Assembly: GCA_965223155.1 (NCBI GenBank)
Contig: CBDCVR010000014.1
Span: forward strand, 1,267,881 to 1,331,880
Length of the DNA: 64,000 bases
From: Candidatus Multivoradales bacterium
GTDB taxonomy: Bacteria; Acidobacteriota; Thermoanaerobaculia; Multivoradales; JAHEKO01
Direction: 5' to 3'
Notes under the pieces: model-generated
Told to the model about the DNA's origin: nothing
What the model saw: the letters and a program-made list of their open reading frames with translations, nothing else
The model's database searches: none
In this document: in pieces, positions 49,053 through 60,500 of the stretch
How positions within the stretch are numbered: position 1 is the first letter of the stretch
Layout of the letters: each line of letters opens with the position of its first letter
Program-made: the position numbers and the translations under genes

Positions 49053-51080
49053 ATGCCCACCTCCTCCAGCGCCCAACATCTCGTCACCACCTGCGTCCTG
49101 GACTGCCCCGACGGCTGCGCCCTCGAGGTCGAGGTCTCCGGGGATGAGGTCGTCGCGGTGCGCCCGGCCCTCCAGGCCGGTACCGACTTCATCTGCGGCA
49201 AGGTCTCCCGGTACGGCGAGCGACTCGCGCACGCGACCCGCGTCCTGCACCCGCTGCGTCGCGCCGGAGCCAAGGGCGAAGGCGCTTTCGAGCGCGTCTC
49301 CTGGGATGAAGCGCTGGACGAGATCGTCCAACGCCTCACCGAGATCCGAGATCGTTTCGGAGGCGAAGCCATCCTGCCCTACCACTACGGTGGCTCGAAC
49401 GGCATTCTGACCGACGGCCTGCTGGACGACCTCCTCTTCGCACGACTGGGCGCCTCGCGTCTGGCCAAGACGATCTGCGCCGTGCCCGCGACCGAGGTGG
49501 CCGTCGGCATGTACGGCAAGATGCCGGGAGTGGCCTTTGAGGACTTCCCCGAGGCGCGAACGATCGTCGTCTGGGGCGCCAATCCCAAGGGGTCGAACAT
49601 CCACCTCGTGCCGTACTTGAAGGAGGCCCGGAGCCGCGGAGCCTTCGTCGCCGCCATCGATCCCCGCAACAACTTCGGTGCGGGCGAGATCGACCTGCAC
49701 CTGCCCGTCCTGCCCGGCCAGGACCTGCCGGTGGCACTTGCCATGATCGATCGGTGGCGCCAGCAGGACCTTCTGGACCGAGACTTCCTGTCCGGCCACG
49801 CCGACGGCCTCGAACCACTCCTGGATGCCGCAGCTCGCTGGACCGTGGACGACGCGGCCCGCGTCGCCGGCGTCGATGCCGGCGACATCGCCACGGTCGC
49901 CGACCGTCTGGCATCGGCCTCGCCGGCCCTCGTCCGTTGTGGCTGGGGACTCGAGCGGAACCGCAATGGCGCTCAGGCTGTCGCCGCCGTGCTCGCGATT
50001 CCCGCCCTGCTGGGCAAGTTCGGCGTCTCGGGAGGTGGCTACACCCTGTCCAACAACGGCGCCGCCAAGTTCGACCGGGACGCGGTTCTGGGACCGGTCG
50101 AATGGACCACCCGCGAGCTCAACATGACCCAGCTCGGACGGCTCATCGATCCCGAGAGTCCGGAAGCGCCCGACCCCGCGCTCAAAGCCCTTTTCGTCTA
50201 CAACGCCAACCCGGTTGCCTCGACGCCGCATCAGCCTCAGATCGAGCGGGGTCTGGCCCGAGACGACCTCTTTAGCGTCGTTCACGAACAGGTCCTGACC
50301 GACACGACTCGCTGGGCCGACATCGTGCTTCCGGCCGTGACCTTCCTCGAGGGCACGGATCTGCGCGCCAGCTACGGAGAGTACGTCGCCGGCGGCATCC
50401 GACCCGTGGTCGCCCCCGCCGGAGAGGCGCGCAGCAACATGCAGCTCTTCGGCGAGCTGGGGCGCCGGCTGGGCTTCGACGACGAGGCGTTCTCCTGGGA
50501 CGATGCCGAGATTCTGGCGCGGTCGGCCGCCGCCCTCGAACTCGCCGGCGCGGCCGACGCCGACGCGATCGACATCATCTCCCGCGGCGACCGAGTTCGC
50601 TACTCGTTCTCGGGCCGCCGACCAATCCAATTCCAAACCGTCCATCCCCAGACGGCGGACGGCAAGATCCACCTGACGCCGGCTGTCCTTGGCTCCGAAC
50701 CCTTCACCTGGAAGGAGCCGGATGCGGCTCGGGCCCTGGCCATGGTCTCGGCCGCCGACTCACGGCTGATCAACTCGACCTTCGGAGAATCCAGCCTGGA
50801 TACCCTGACCGTCGAGATCCATCCTTCCGACGCCGGCCCCCGCGGCGTCGATACCGGCACCGCGGTCCGGGTGTTCAACGACCTGGGTGAGGTCCATTGC
50901 CGCGCGCGAGTCAGCCCCAAGGTTCGTCCCGGCGTAGTCGCGATGCCTAAAGGCGCCTGGAAGCGCTCGTCGCTCAACGGAGCGACCGCGACAGCTCTGT
51001 GCCCTGACAGCGCCCAGACCGTGGGCGACGCCGCCTGCTTCAACGACGCTCGGGTTGACGTCGAAGCGCTGTCAGCCTGA
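49053..51080 (+). CDS. Cytoplasmic molybdopterin oxidoreductase (DMSO reductase superfamily, uncharacterised YoaE-like group)
   Basis: CVLDCPDGC...ICGK Fe-S motif, FERVSWDEAL, WGANP, ADIVLPA, C-terminal molybdopterin dinucleotide domain. No Tat signal. Confidence 0.88.
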   Translation: MPTSSSAQHLVTTCVLDCPDGCALEVEVSGDEVVAVRPALQAGTDFICGKVSRYGERLAHATRVLHPLRRAGAKGEGAFERVSWDEALDEIVQRLTEIRDRFGGEAILPYHYGGSNGILTDGLLDDLLFARLGASRLAKTICAVPATEVAVGMYGKMPGVAFEDFPEARTIVVWGANPKGSNIHLVPYLKEARSRGAFVAAIDPRNNFGAGEIDLHLPVLPGQDLPVALAMIDRWRQQDLLDRDFLSGHADGLEPLLDAAARWTVDDAARVAGVDAGDIATVADRLASASPALVRCGWGLERNRNGAQAVAAVLAIPALLGKFGVSGGGYTLSNNGAAKFDRDAVLGPVEWTTRELNMTQLGRLIDPESPEAPDPALKALFVYNANPVASTPHQPQIERGLARDDLFSVVHEQVLTDTTRWADIVLPAVTFLEGTDLRASYGEYVAGGIRPVVAPAGEARSNMQLFGELGRRLGFDDEAFSWDDAEILARSAAALELAGAADADAIDIISRGDRVRYSFSGRRPIQFQTVHPQTADGKIHLTPAVLGSEPFTWKEPDAARALAMVSAADSRLINSTFGESSLDTLTVEIHPSDAGPRGVDTGTAVRVFNDLGEVHCRARVSPKVRPGVVAMPKGAWKRSSLNGATATALCPDSAQTVGDAACFNDARVDVEALSA

Positions 51081-51090
51081 AGCGTTCGCC

Positions 51091-51495
51091 CTACAGGCTG
51101 ACGAGCGCCATGCCCCGCAGCAGCTCGTCGAGCGCGCCGACGTCGACCGGCTTCGGCAGGTACTCGAGACGTTCGGCGCCCTTGGCGTCGGCCATGAGAT
51201 TGGCGATCTCAGCATAGAGCGGATCGGATCCGCTCACAATCAGGATCCGGACGTCGCTGCGCCGGGCCACGACCCACTCCACCAGCTCGATACCTTCGAT
51301 CCGAGGCATCAGGATGTCGATCGAAACGACGTCCGGCGCGAAGGCGTCGAAAACCGCCATGAACTCCAGCGGATCGGTCAGAACCCGGGCTTCGAATCCC
51401 GCCTCTGTGGCGATTCGCCCGATCAGTTGCGCGATGTCGCGATCGTCGTCGACGACGAGCAGTCTCCGCGGTCCGTTGGAACAAGAGTCGCTCAC
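51091..51495 (-). CDS. Single-domain response regulator (REC)
   Basis: LLVVDDD, IDILMP..EGIEL, IVSG, LPKP. Confidence 0.85.
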   Translation of the reverse strand: MSDSCSNGPRRLLVVDDDRDIAQLIGRIATEAGFEARVLTDPLEFMAVFDAFAPDVVSIDILMPRIEGIELVEWVVARRSDVRILIVSGSDPLYAEIANLMADAKGAERLEYLPKPVDVGALDELLRGMALVSL

Positions 51496-51626
51496 ACCAG
51501 GCCTCCAGCCGGCCCTCATTGTAGCCGGACACGAGCGTTTCCGGCTGCCGCGAAACCGGACCGTCGCGTCCAAGGTGGCATACTTGCCGAAGCACTGGAC
51601 CAAGACCCACCGGGAGGAGCCTTGCC

Positions 51627-53036
51627 ATGATCGAATTCCTAACCCTGTTCCTGGGCCTGGCGGCCGGACCTCAGCACGTAGAGCTAGCCGCTTCGAACGA
51701 CACGTCCCAAGTGCAGGTGCTTCTTGACGGCAGGCTCGTGGCGGTCGACGATGACGCACCGTGGCAAGCGCGCTTGGACCTGGGCCCGGAAGTGCGACCG
51801 ATGTTGCTCGAAGCCGTGGCCTTGGATGCCGAGGGGAATGAGCTCGGCCGCAGCGCCCAAGCGCTCAACATCCCGAAACCGGCGGCCGAGGCCCGCATCG
51901 CTCTCGAGCAAGCCCCGGACGGCCGCGTCACCGAGGCCCGATTGAGCTGGGAGAGCACCGTGCAACCGGATCCCGAGCGTGCCGAAGCCTGGCTCGACGA
52001 GGAGCCGCTCGACGCCTCGAATCCCAGCCACATCCCGATCCCTCCCTACGATGCCTCGACGCTCCATCTTCTTCAGGCCGAGCTCCAGTTCTCGGCGGAT
52101 GTCCTGGCCCAGGCGCAAGCGGTCTTCGGCGGCACCTACGTCGATCGATACCGTTCCGATCTCACCGCCTTTCCGGTCTCGATCCGGCAAAGCGCCCGCA
52201 AGCTGTCGGCGACGTCTCTCGATGTCATGAGCTCATGGTTTGCAACCGGAGAGTCCTCCCGGGTGGTTGCCTTCGAGAAGGGAGGCCTCGACCTCATCCT
52301 GGTCAAGGGCCCGGGCGTCTCCACCGAGATCCTGGAACTCGAGGGCACGATTTCCCAGAGTCTGTCCTCGGGGGGCGTCAGCTCGGGCGAAGGTGGCCTG
52401 GGCCGGACGTCGATCGGCTCGCGAGGCCTTCAAGTTCTGGCCAATTCGAGCGTCGGAACCGCCGGAGAGCGCCTTCGCTCGATCATGACTCTCGACGCCA
52501 AGCAGCGGCTTCGAATCCTGGCTCCGCACTCTCGCAGGCAAGCCGGGCGATCCGTGGATCTCGAGGTCTTCGCCCTGTCGCCGGAGATCACCGCCGAGCG
52601 GGGTGGTCTCTACTGGTCTCTGGTCCAGGACGTGGCCCTTCCGGGGCTCGAACCCTCCCTGCGCCTGGCCGACGCCATCTCGGTCGCCGGCCTTCAAGCC
52701 GCGAATGGCAATCGCCGCCGGGCCGTGCTCCTGGTACTCGCCGGTCCGGCTGAGGACGCGAGCCGGCACGAGGCCGCCGCGGTGCGGAGATTCCTCAGCC
52801 AGCTTCAGGTTCCTCTGGTGGTCTGGCGCGTTGGCGATGCGATCGACACTTGGCCGGAATGGGGCCCGGGCGAAGACGTGCATCACTTTCGGGGGCTTCA
52901 AAGCGCGGCCCGCAGGCTCGCCGACCGGCTCGACCGCCAGCGCATCGTGTGGCTCGAAGGCCGGCACCTGCCGAACGCGATTCGCATCACCCAGGCCGCC
53001 AAGCAGCGGGTGGCCCAGGCTTCGGCCGGCTCCTAA
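51627..53036 (+). CDS. Hypothetical protein: N-terminal Ig-like domain, C-terminal degenerate VWA-like region
   Basis: V...LDGR.V......PW...DLG.....LEAVALDAEG.E Ig pattern; L.DA...AG..A....RRRAVLLVL C-terminal alpha/beta region. Confidence 0.6.
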   Translation: MIEFLTLFLGLAAGPQHVELAASNDTSQVQVLLDGRLVAVDDDAPWQARLDLGPEVRPMLLEAVALDAEGNELGRSAQALNIPKPAAEARIALEQAPDGRVTEARLSWESTVQPDPERAEAWLDEEPLDASNPSHIPIPPYDASTLHLLQAELQFSADVLAQAQAVFGGTYVDRYRSDLTAFPVSIRQSARKLSATSLDVMSSWFATGESSRVVAFEKGGLDLILVKGPGVSTEILELEGTISQSLSSGGVSSGEGGLGRTSIGSRGLQVLANSSVGTAGERLRSIMTLDAKQRLRILAPHSRRQAGRSVDLEVFALSPEITAERGGLYWSLVQDVALPGLEPSLRLADAISVAGLQAANGNRRRAVLLVLAGPAEDASRHEAAAVRRFLSQLQVPLVVWRVGDAIDTWPEWGPGEDVHHFRGLQSAARRLADRLDRQRIVWLEGRHLPNAIRITQAAKQRVAQASAGS

Positions 53037-53042
53037 GAAAAC

Positions 53043-53072
53043 GCGGCGCCCCGAAGTGCTTCGGGGCGCCGC
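53043..53072. terminator. Intrinsic terminator between convergent genes
   Basis: GCGGCGCCCCGAAG-tg-CTTCGGGGCGCCGC perfect inverted repeat, with an A-run on the left (U-tract for the minus strand). Confidence 0.85.
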
Positions 53073-53103
53073 CGGTTGTCCTTCGAGCCGATGCGAGCTG
53101 GCG

Positions 53104-55725
53104 CTAGAACTCCACCGAGAAGCGCGCGTACCAGAGGCCGCCGTTGAACCCAAACGGCGAGGTCAGCGAGCCGGTAACACCCAGGAACTGCAGGACCGGA
53201 TCCTGCTCCGCGTCCGGCAGGGTGTCGAAAACATTCTCGGCACCGATGGCGAACTCGTAGTGGTCCGCGATCTTGAACCGGGCCTCGATGTCGATCAGCG
53301 TCTCGGCGCCGTACGACGAGGCGTCGCTGGCGTCGCCGGGGCTGAAGAGCCCGCCGGTCGACTTCCAGCTGCCATAGCGGTTGGCGCGGATGTAGCCTGA
53401 GAAGAGATTGGTGCTGTCGTAGCTCAGGGTCACGTTCGAGCGCTGCTCCGGAACCTGGTTCTCGAGGTCGAAGACCCGCGAGGTGTTGATGGTTCCGCCG
53501 GTCACTCCCGACACCTCTTGCTCGTTGACGTTGTGCCGAACGTCCAGCGTCAAGAGGCCGGTGGACACGGCGAAGTGGCTGGTCAACGCCAGATCGATGC
53601 CCGAGACGTCCGAGTCGTAGGCGTTGCTGAAGAAGTTGGCGATGCTGTTGACCAGGAGTCCCGCGTTGGCGACCCCGGCCGCCTCGAGCAGCGGCACGTC
53701 GGCCGCGGTAACGGTGTTGTTCTGAAGCGCCAGGCGGTCATCGATCGAGATGTCGTAGTAGTCGAGCGTAAAGCTGGTGTTGGCCGACGGCCGGGCTACG
53801 AAACCGGCGGTGAAGCTGGTCGACTCCTCGGGCTCGAGCGGCACCGAGCCGAGCGCCAGCGCCACCGGGTGATCCACCGGGTAGACGCCGCTCGGAATCA
53901 GGTTGCCGGCCGAGTCCGCGCTCGTGGTCACGTTGAGAGTATTGACCTGGCCCGGAGTCGGGGCGCGAAAGCCCGTGTTGGCGGTACCGCGCAGCGCGAA
54001 CCGGTCGTTGACGTCAAAGCGGCCCGAGACCTTCCAATCGAAGGTCGAATCGAACTCGTCGTAGTCCTCGAAGCGTAGCGCCAAGCCGCCCGAGAACCGG
54101 TCGGTCAGGTCGGCCTCGAGATCGAGGTAGACCGCCATGCTCTCGCTGCTGAAGCTACCGGCCGACTCGACCGGGAACCCCTGGAAACCGTCCGAGCCCA
54201 CGCCGAAGATGGCCGCGGTTGGACCGGCTTCGATCGAAGCCCGATCGCCGGCGCCAATCTTGTACGTCTCATCCCGGACCTCGAAGCCGAAGGCGACGTT
54301 GAGCGGCGAGGCGAACGAGCCGACCTCGAAGGGCTTGACGAAATCGGCGTTCAGACTGGTCTCCTCCTGAGTGAGCGTCCCCGGATTGAACGACGTCGGG
54401 GACAGGCCGCCCAGGCTGGGATTGATGGTCTCCGAGATCACGTACTCGACCTCGTTCTCGCCCAGCCGGAAGCGGGTGTCCCAGGAGAGGCCGCCGCCGG
54501 TCTCGCCCCGGACACCGAAGACCCAACCGAGGTCGGAGAGGTCGGCGCCGAAGTTGGGGTTGTAGCCGCCCGGGAAGAGGGCGAAGGCGGGGTTCCGCAA
54601 CACGAAACCGCTCGGGCTCGAGGGGTCGGCCACCAGGTAGTCGCTCGGATTGAGCCCCGCGGCCAGAATCTCGTCCACCAGCGACTGCGGCGCCGGATCC
54701 GGCAGGAAATCTCCGTCCGAGTCCTGCTGCAGCGTGGTGCGGGCGTTGAACTGGTGCACCGGATCCAGAACCGGGCCCCGATAGAAGAAGTCCGAGATGG
54801 TCTCGTTGTCAGCGTAGCTCAGATGCGAGTAGATCTCGGCGTTGTCGCCCACCGGCTTGCCGGCGTTCAAGAAGAACTTGGTGACCTCGACTTCCGGATC
54901 TCCCCAACGCTGCCCCAGGCCGCCAAGAGGAGTGCGATCGGCGCCCACGACGCTGGCCACGAACTGGGCATCCGGCCGGGCCACGCCGCGGGAGGTCGTG
55001 TCCGAGGTCGAGTGCTCGAACGAAGCGTTCAAGAAGCCGTCCGCGCCCAGGCCGAAGCCGGCGTTCCCGCCGTAGGTGGTGCGGGTGCCGTCGCCTTCGA
55101 AATACTCACCGGTCTGGATCGAAAAGGAGTAGCCTTCCGAGGCGTCCTTCAAGATCACGTTGACAACACCGGCGATGGCGTCCGATCCGTACTGGGCCGA
55201 AGCGCCGTCCCGCAGAACCTCGATACGCTCGATCGCCGACGCCGGAAGCGTCGAGAAGTCGACCGCCTGCGAGCCCTGGTTGACGGTCCCGAGGGGGGCA
55301 AGCTGCAGGTTGACGAGCGCCGAGCGATGCCGGCGGGTGCCATTCACCAAAACCAGGGTGTGATCCGGCGACAGATTGCGCAGCGTCACCGGCCGGATGA
55401 AGGCGGTGCCATCGGCAATCGGGAACCGTTGCGTGTTGAACGAGGGCGCGATCCGGCTCAAGCCGTCCGTGAGATCAAAGCTTGCCTGCTCGGCAATCGC
55501 CTCGCTGGCCACGACGTCGATCGGAGACAGCGTCTCCGTAGGCACCAGTCCCGCCTTGCGGGTACCGGTGACGACGATCTCCTCGCCAAAGGTTTCCTGG
55601 TCGTCGGCTATTTCTTCAACGGCCTCTTCTGCCGTGTCCGCCTCATCTTGAGCCAAGACGGGGACCGGAGCGGCTAGAAGCGCCACGAAACAACCGACCG
55701 CGAAAACAAGCCACAGCTTCTTCAT
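53104..55725 (-). CDS. TonB-dependent receptor
   Basis: EEIVVTGTR TonB box, LVLVNG.R, IERIEVLRDGASAQYGSDAIAGVVNVILK, GFRAP, C-terminal Phe. Confidence 0.95.
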   Translation of the reverse strand: MKKLWLVFAVGCFVALLAAPVPVLAQDEADTAEEAVEEIADDQETFGEEIVVTGTRKAGLVPTETLSPIDVVASEAIAEQASFDLTDGLSRIAPSFNTQRFPIADGTAFIRPVTLRNLSPDHTLVLVNGTRRHRSALVNLQLAPLGTVNQGSQAVDFSTLPASAIERIEVLRDGASAQYGSDAIAGVVNVILKDASEGYSFSIQTGEYFEGDGTRTTYGGNAGFGLGADGFLNASFEHSTSDTTSRGVARPDAQFVASVVGADRTPLGGLGQRWGDPEVEVTKFFLNAGKPVGDNAEIYSHLSYADNETISDFFYRGPVLDPVHQFNARTTLQQDSDGDFLPDPAPQSLVDEILAAGLNPSDYLVADPSSPSGFVLRNPAFALFPGGYNPNFGADLSDLGWVFGVRGETGGGLSWDTRFRLGENEVEYVISETINPSLGGLSPTSFNPGTLTQEETSLNADFVKPFEVGSFASPLNVAFGFEVRDETYKIGAGDRASIEAGPTAAIFGVGSDGFQGFPVESAGSFSSESMAVYLDLEADLTDRFSGGLALRFEDYDEFDSTFDWKVSGRFDVNDRFALRGTANTGFRAPTPGQVNTLNVTTSADSAGNLIPSGVYPVDHPVALALGSVPLEPEESTSFTAGFVARPSANTSFTLDYYDISIDDRLALQNNTVTAADVPLLEAAGVANAGLLVNSIANFFSNAYDSDVSGIDLALTSHFAVSTGLLTLDVRHNVNEQEVSGVTGGTINTSRVFDLENQVPEQRSNVTLSYDSTNLFSGYIRANRYGSWKSTGGLFSPGDASDASSYGAETLIDIEARFKIADHYEFAIGAENVFDTLPDAEQDPVLQFLGVTGSLTSPFGFNGGLWYARFSVEF

Positions 55726-55822
55726 GGGAACACCTCCGAAACGTAATTCGTAGCGATCTGAGCATCGAACTCCAGGAAAGTCAATGCGCCCGCGCTGATT
55801 TCCCAGCCGGTACCATCACGCG

Positions 55823-56794
55823 ATGGAGATTACCCGTCAAGTCGAGCTCGCCGGCCAGCGCATCGCCGGCCGCGTGCGGCTGACGCCCCTCGAGCGCTCG
55901 CCGGTTCTCGAGGAGAGCCACGGCGGCGCGGTCTGGCTCAAGCTCGACAACCAGCAGCTCACCGGCTCGTTCAAGCTGCGCGGCGCCACCAACAAAATGC
56001 TGGTCTTGGATTCCGTCGATCGCGCCCGCGGGGTGGTCGCGGCCTCCTCCGGAAACCATGGCGCCGCGGTTGCCTGCGCGGCGCACGCCGTGGGCTGCCC
56101 GGCAACGGTCTACGTCCCGACGGGAGCCGTCGAGTCGAAGCTCGACGCCATCCGCGCCTGGGGCGGCAAGGTCCGCCTCCACGGCGATGATTGCGTCCAC
56201 GCCGAAGCCGAAGCCCGCCGCTTCGCCGCGGAGACCGGCGCTCCCTATCTGTCGCCCTACAACGACCCCGCGATCATCGCCGGCCAGGGCACGGTCGGAC
56301 TCGAGATCGCTACGCAACTTGGCGATGACGTCGACTCCGCCTCCGCGCTCGACGCTGTCTTCATCACCCTGGGCGGAGGCGGCCTTCTGGCCGGTGTCGG
56401 CGGATACCTCAAGTCGCGCTGGCCCGAGCTCCGGGTCGTGGCCTGCTCGCCCAAGAATTCTTGTGTCATGCACGCCTCGATCGAGGCCGGGCACATTCTG
56501 GAGATGGAGTCCCTGCCCACGCTTTCGGACGGCAGCGCCGGAGGCGTCGAGCCCGAGTCCATCACCTTCCCCCTGTGCCGCGACCTCGTCGACGAGTCGC
56601 TCCTGCTGGACGAAAAGGAGATCGCCGAGGCCCTGAGGCTCATTGTCGGCACCCACCACACCCTCATTGAAGGCGCCGCCGCCACCGCCGTCGCTGGTTA
56701 CCTGGCGGCTCGCGAGCGCTACGCTGGCGCCCACGTCGCGATCGTTCTCTGCGGCGCCAACGTCGACCGCGCGCGACTCAAGGAAGTTCTCTAA
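55823..56794 (+). CDS. PLP-dependent threonine/serine dehydratase family protein
   Basis: TGSFKLRGA (PLP Lys), ASSGNHG, AGQGT.GLE, GGGGLL.G, LCGAN. Confidence 0.92.
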   Translation: MEITRQVELAGQRIAGRVRLTPLERSPVLEESHGGAVWLKLDNQQLTGSFKLRGATNKMLVLDSVDRARGVVAASSGNHGAAVACAAHAVGCPATVYVPTGAVESKLDAIRAWGGKVRLHGDDCVHAEAEARRFAAETGAPYLSPYNDPAIIAGQGTVGLEIATQLGDDVDSASALDAVFITLGGGGLLAGVGGYLKSRWPELRVVACSPKNSCVMHASIEAGHILEMESLPTLSDGSAGGVEPESITFPLCRDLVDESLLLDEKEIAEALRLIVGTHHTLIEGAAATAVAGYLAARERYAGAHVAIVLCGANVDRARLKEVL

Positions 56795-56875
56795 CGGCGA
56801 GCCGCGCCACTCAGCAGATGAGTCCAAGTTCGGCTCGGGTCCGAGTCGGATCCCGTTCAGGTTAGGATCACCGGC

Positions 56876-57166
56876 ATGGCGACCTTCATCGTATTGCTCG
56901 ATTTCACCGACCAGGGCGTGCGCAATCTGCGTGACTCGCCGCAGCGCGCCGACGCCTTCAACGAGTTCGCCGAGAAGAAGGGGGTCGAGATCCTCGGCCA
57001 GTACTGGACCATCGGCAGCCACGACGGCGTCCTGCTCCTCGACGCTCCCAGCGAAGAAGTGGCCGCCTCGGTCCTGCTCCATCTCGCCGCCAGCGGCAAC
57101 GTCCGCACCACGACGCTCCGCGCCTTCGACTGGGCCGAAGCGCAAGACCTCATCGACCAGGGCTGA
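56876..57166 (+). CDS. GYD domain protein
   Basis: FT.QG...L.DSP.R, YWTIG..D, GNVRT.TLRAF. Confidence 0.85.
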   Translation: MATFIVLLDFTDQGVRNLRDSPQRADAFNEFAEKKGVEILGQYWTIGSHDGVLLLDAPSEEVAASVLLHLAASGNVRTTTLRAFDWAEAQDLIDQG

Positions 57167-57511
57167 GACGCCGCGGGGGCGGGTTCGGAAGCGAGTTTTT
57201 CGCCTGCCGGCTGGGAGCGGGCGGTGCCGTGCGGGACGGGCCGCGCTGGGAGACCTCCGTGTTGCTGGGCGCGGCTCTGCGCGGACCTTGGCACCGGCAG
57301 AGATCGGGACCCTGATCGTGGGCCGTCTCTGGCCCCGGGTCCAAGAATTGACTTGCAAGTCGCAACGTCTTCCACTACCCTGGCCGCGTGGTTGGTAACG
57401 GTTGTGTCGATTCTCCGATGGCGCGAGCCCGTCGCTCTCAGGACATCCTGAGCCGCGAGTCGTCGTCCGCCAACGCATTCCAACCCATGGCCAGTAGTGA
57501 AATGGGTTGGG

Positions 57512-60500
57512 ATGGGCCGCCAGGCTAGACCTTCCCGCCGATACCGAAGAATCGGGCGAGCCTGCGCAGCCGTGCTCGCGGCAGCCGCGGTCGCCACCGC
57601 CCAGGAGCCCGACCCGGGGCCAGAGGATCCGCCGGTCGGCGCCGACGTCAATGATGCTCTTGTCGTCTCGCAGAACCTGCCGGACGCGATGTACTGCGGC
57701 GACACCGAGTCGTTCGCGATTCGGCTCGAGAACGTCGGTACGGGCGACTGGACCGAGGACGGTACGAACGGGCACCGGCTCGGGGTCACGGACAACGACG
57801 ATCCGTTCCGCTCAAACGGCTCGAAGGTCCGGCTCCCCGCGGGCACGACCATCGCTCCGGGACAGCGGCACACGTTCACCGTCGAGTTGACCGCGCCCGA
57901 GACCCACGGTGTCGTACGCACGGAGTGGCAGATGGCCGAGCAGGGGGTCGAATGGTTCGGCTCGATCGTCTTCAAAGACATCAACGTCGTCTGTGGGGAT
58001 CACGCGGTCCTCGCCGCCGAGGTGTTCCCGGCGGCCATGAACTGCTCTTCGGAAGACGAAGCCACGGTGACGCTCCAGAACCTGGGCTCGACCGACTGGA
58101 CCGACGCGGCCGGCTTTTCTCTCGCCAACGTGGGCACGAGCGACGCGTTCAATCCGTCCGGCGCTCCGGTGCGCTTGCCGAGCAATGTCACGGTCGGCCG
58201 TGACGGGGGCCAGTACCCCTTCAAGGTCCCCCTCCAGGCCCCGAGCAACACCCACCAGAACGACGTCATGACGCTCTGGCAGATGGAGCACAACGGCGAA
58301 CCCTTCGGTCCGCTCGTGACTGCCAGGATCGACGTTGATTGCGTCAACGCTGCCACCCGGGTCTCGGACACCCTGCCGGATTCCATGACCTGCGGCTCGA
58401 CCCTGGTGCGCGAGGTGACGCTTCGCAACGGCGGCTCGAAACCCTGGACCGCAGCCGGCGGTCATCAACTGGGGGTTCCCGGGGATACCGATCCCTTCAA
58501 CCCGAGCGGCGCCCGGGTCCACCTGCCGGCGAGCCTCGCAATCGAAGAGAACGACTCCCACACCTTCGACGTCTCGCTGGTAGCGCCCGAGACGGCAACG
58601 ACTCTCACCACCGAGTGGCAGATGGTCGAGAACGGGCAGTGGTTCGGCGAGAAGGTCTCAAAGACCATCACCGTGGTCTGTCAAGACGCTGCCCAGGCTA
58701 TTGGTCACAACTTGCCGTCGCAGATGGCCTGTGGCGAAGTGGCGACCTATGCCGTCACGATGAAGAACACGGGTGACACGGTCTGGACACGGGCGGACGG
58801 CTACAAACTGGGCCCGACGGGAGGAAGCGACCCGTTCCGGGCCGATGCGACCCGGGTTCAGCTGCCCACGAGCGCCTCGATCGCCCCGCAATCCCAGCAT
58901 TCGTTCTCGGTCGCCTTGACCGCGCCGTCACAGCCCGGAAGCTATGGGACGGAATGGCAGATGGTCAACGAGGGCGTCGGCTGGTTCGGACAGGTTGTTT
59001 CCCATCCGATCCAAGTAGTCTGCGGCGGCTCGACAGCCTTACTCGACGACGCATTCGCGACAGGCGTCGTCTTCCCTTCGACGTTGTTTGAAGGGGACAC
59101 TGGCGAGGGTCTTGTGACGGTCGTTAACAACGGAGGGACAACCTGGACAGCTGGAGAGTATCTCTTGGCCTCCCTGGATGTGGACCCACTCGCCGCAGTC
59201 CAAGAGATCGGGATCACCACCGACCTATTGGGCTACTCGGTTCCCGAGGTCCCGCCAGAGGCTTCGTACACCTTTCGAGTGCCTCTGGATCCGGCCGAGG
59301 GGACACCGGGAGGAATCTACGAAACAAGATGGCGCATGCGATCGCCGGACGGCGTATTCTTCGGGGACATCGCAGAGGCTGAGGTCTGCTTCAACTGCGG
59401 CGGGCAAACCGGGGAACCACGGATCGACTCTGTGAGTCAGTCCTGGGTTCGGCAGGGGTTTGCTTCAAGCGTACAAGTTACAGGCGCCAACTTTCTCGGT
59501 AAGAGACCACGGATTGCAGGCTCTCTGGGGCCAGGAACGATCGAACCTGAGATCTCTGCTGCTACCGCTTCTTCGGATGGCACTTGGATGACGTTCCATC
59601 TTGATACGAGCAGTGGTAATACCGAAGGCTTCCATACCATCGTCATTGACGCGGACGGTTCCTCGCCAGGCGCAGCTTTCGTCGTTCGCGTCCTCCCACA
59701 CCATGTTCCGGTTGTCGATGCGTGGACGCCAGGTGAAATAGCTCAGCCGGGTTTCTACTTCTTTGCGATCGTCGGCGCCAACCTTCAAGGTGCCACCGTA
59801 ACGAGCTCGCATCCATCTCGGGTTGAGGTCGTGGGGGTCAATTCAGCACTCGATTCCCATGTCACAGGCCTGTTGCAACTTCTTCCTGGGCAGAGCGCTT
59901 CGGGTATTCACCTCGAGGTGAGAGGGAGATTCGGTCAAGGAGTACTGTTGCCGGTTAGTGGCGGTCTTGGCGCGTCAACCAACCTCCTGGTCTCCATGTC
60001 TCAAAGAGAATCGTCCGCCTTTTCTGCCTCGAACTTCAGTTTGAATGCTGCCGGCTTGACTCATAGCGAGCCGGTTTCGAGTTCCGAATGCGGCACGGAG
60101 ATCCTGCGATCCGCGACAATTCCGACCCACCGAAACGTCTACCCGTTGAGGCTTGGAGAAGCCGTCATCGACTACAACGTACTGGCCGGAATGCAACTAA
60201 GCGTAGAGTTCGAAATGGGAACGATGAGCCTAGGCACAGGCGGCAGAGTCGCCTGGCATGTAGATCCCGGTTGCTATCCGTTTGGGCCACCTTCGGTCTC
60301 CGTCGAGGCCGAAGTGACGGCGCACACGCCGGGCTACGAACCGTTGACCTGCGTCTTGACGGGCCAGCCGGCCGAAGGTGCCGCCAATTGTGCCCCCGGC
60401 GGTCCCCGTAGCGGCAAGCACTCGCAGTTCGAGCTGACAGCGACTTCAGCCACCATGGAGATCACAGACGTGACTGAGGGTGACCCGGAGGGAGGCTTCG

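Noticed and set aside
57280-57365. Imperfect long hairpin and palindrome GACTTGCAAGTC upstream of the large secreted protein
   Set aside because: Could be an operator or structured leader, but it is a single occurrence in GC-rich DNA with no recognisable family.
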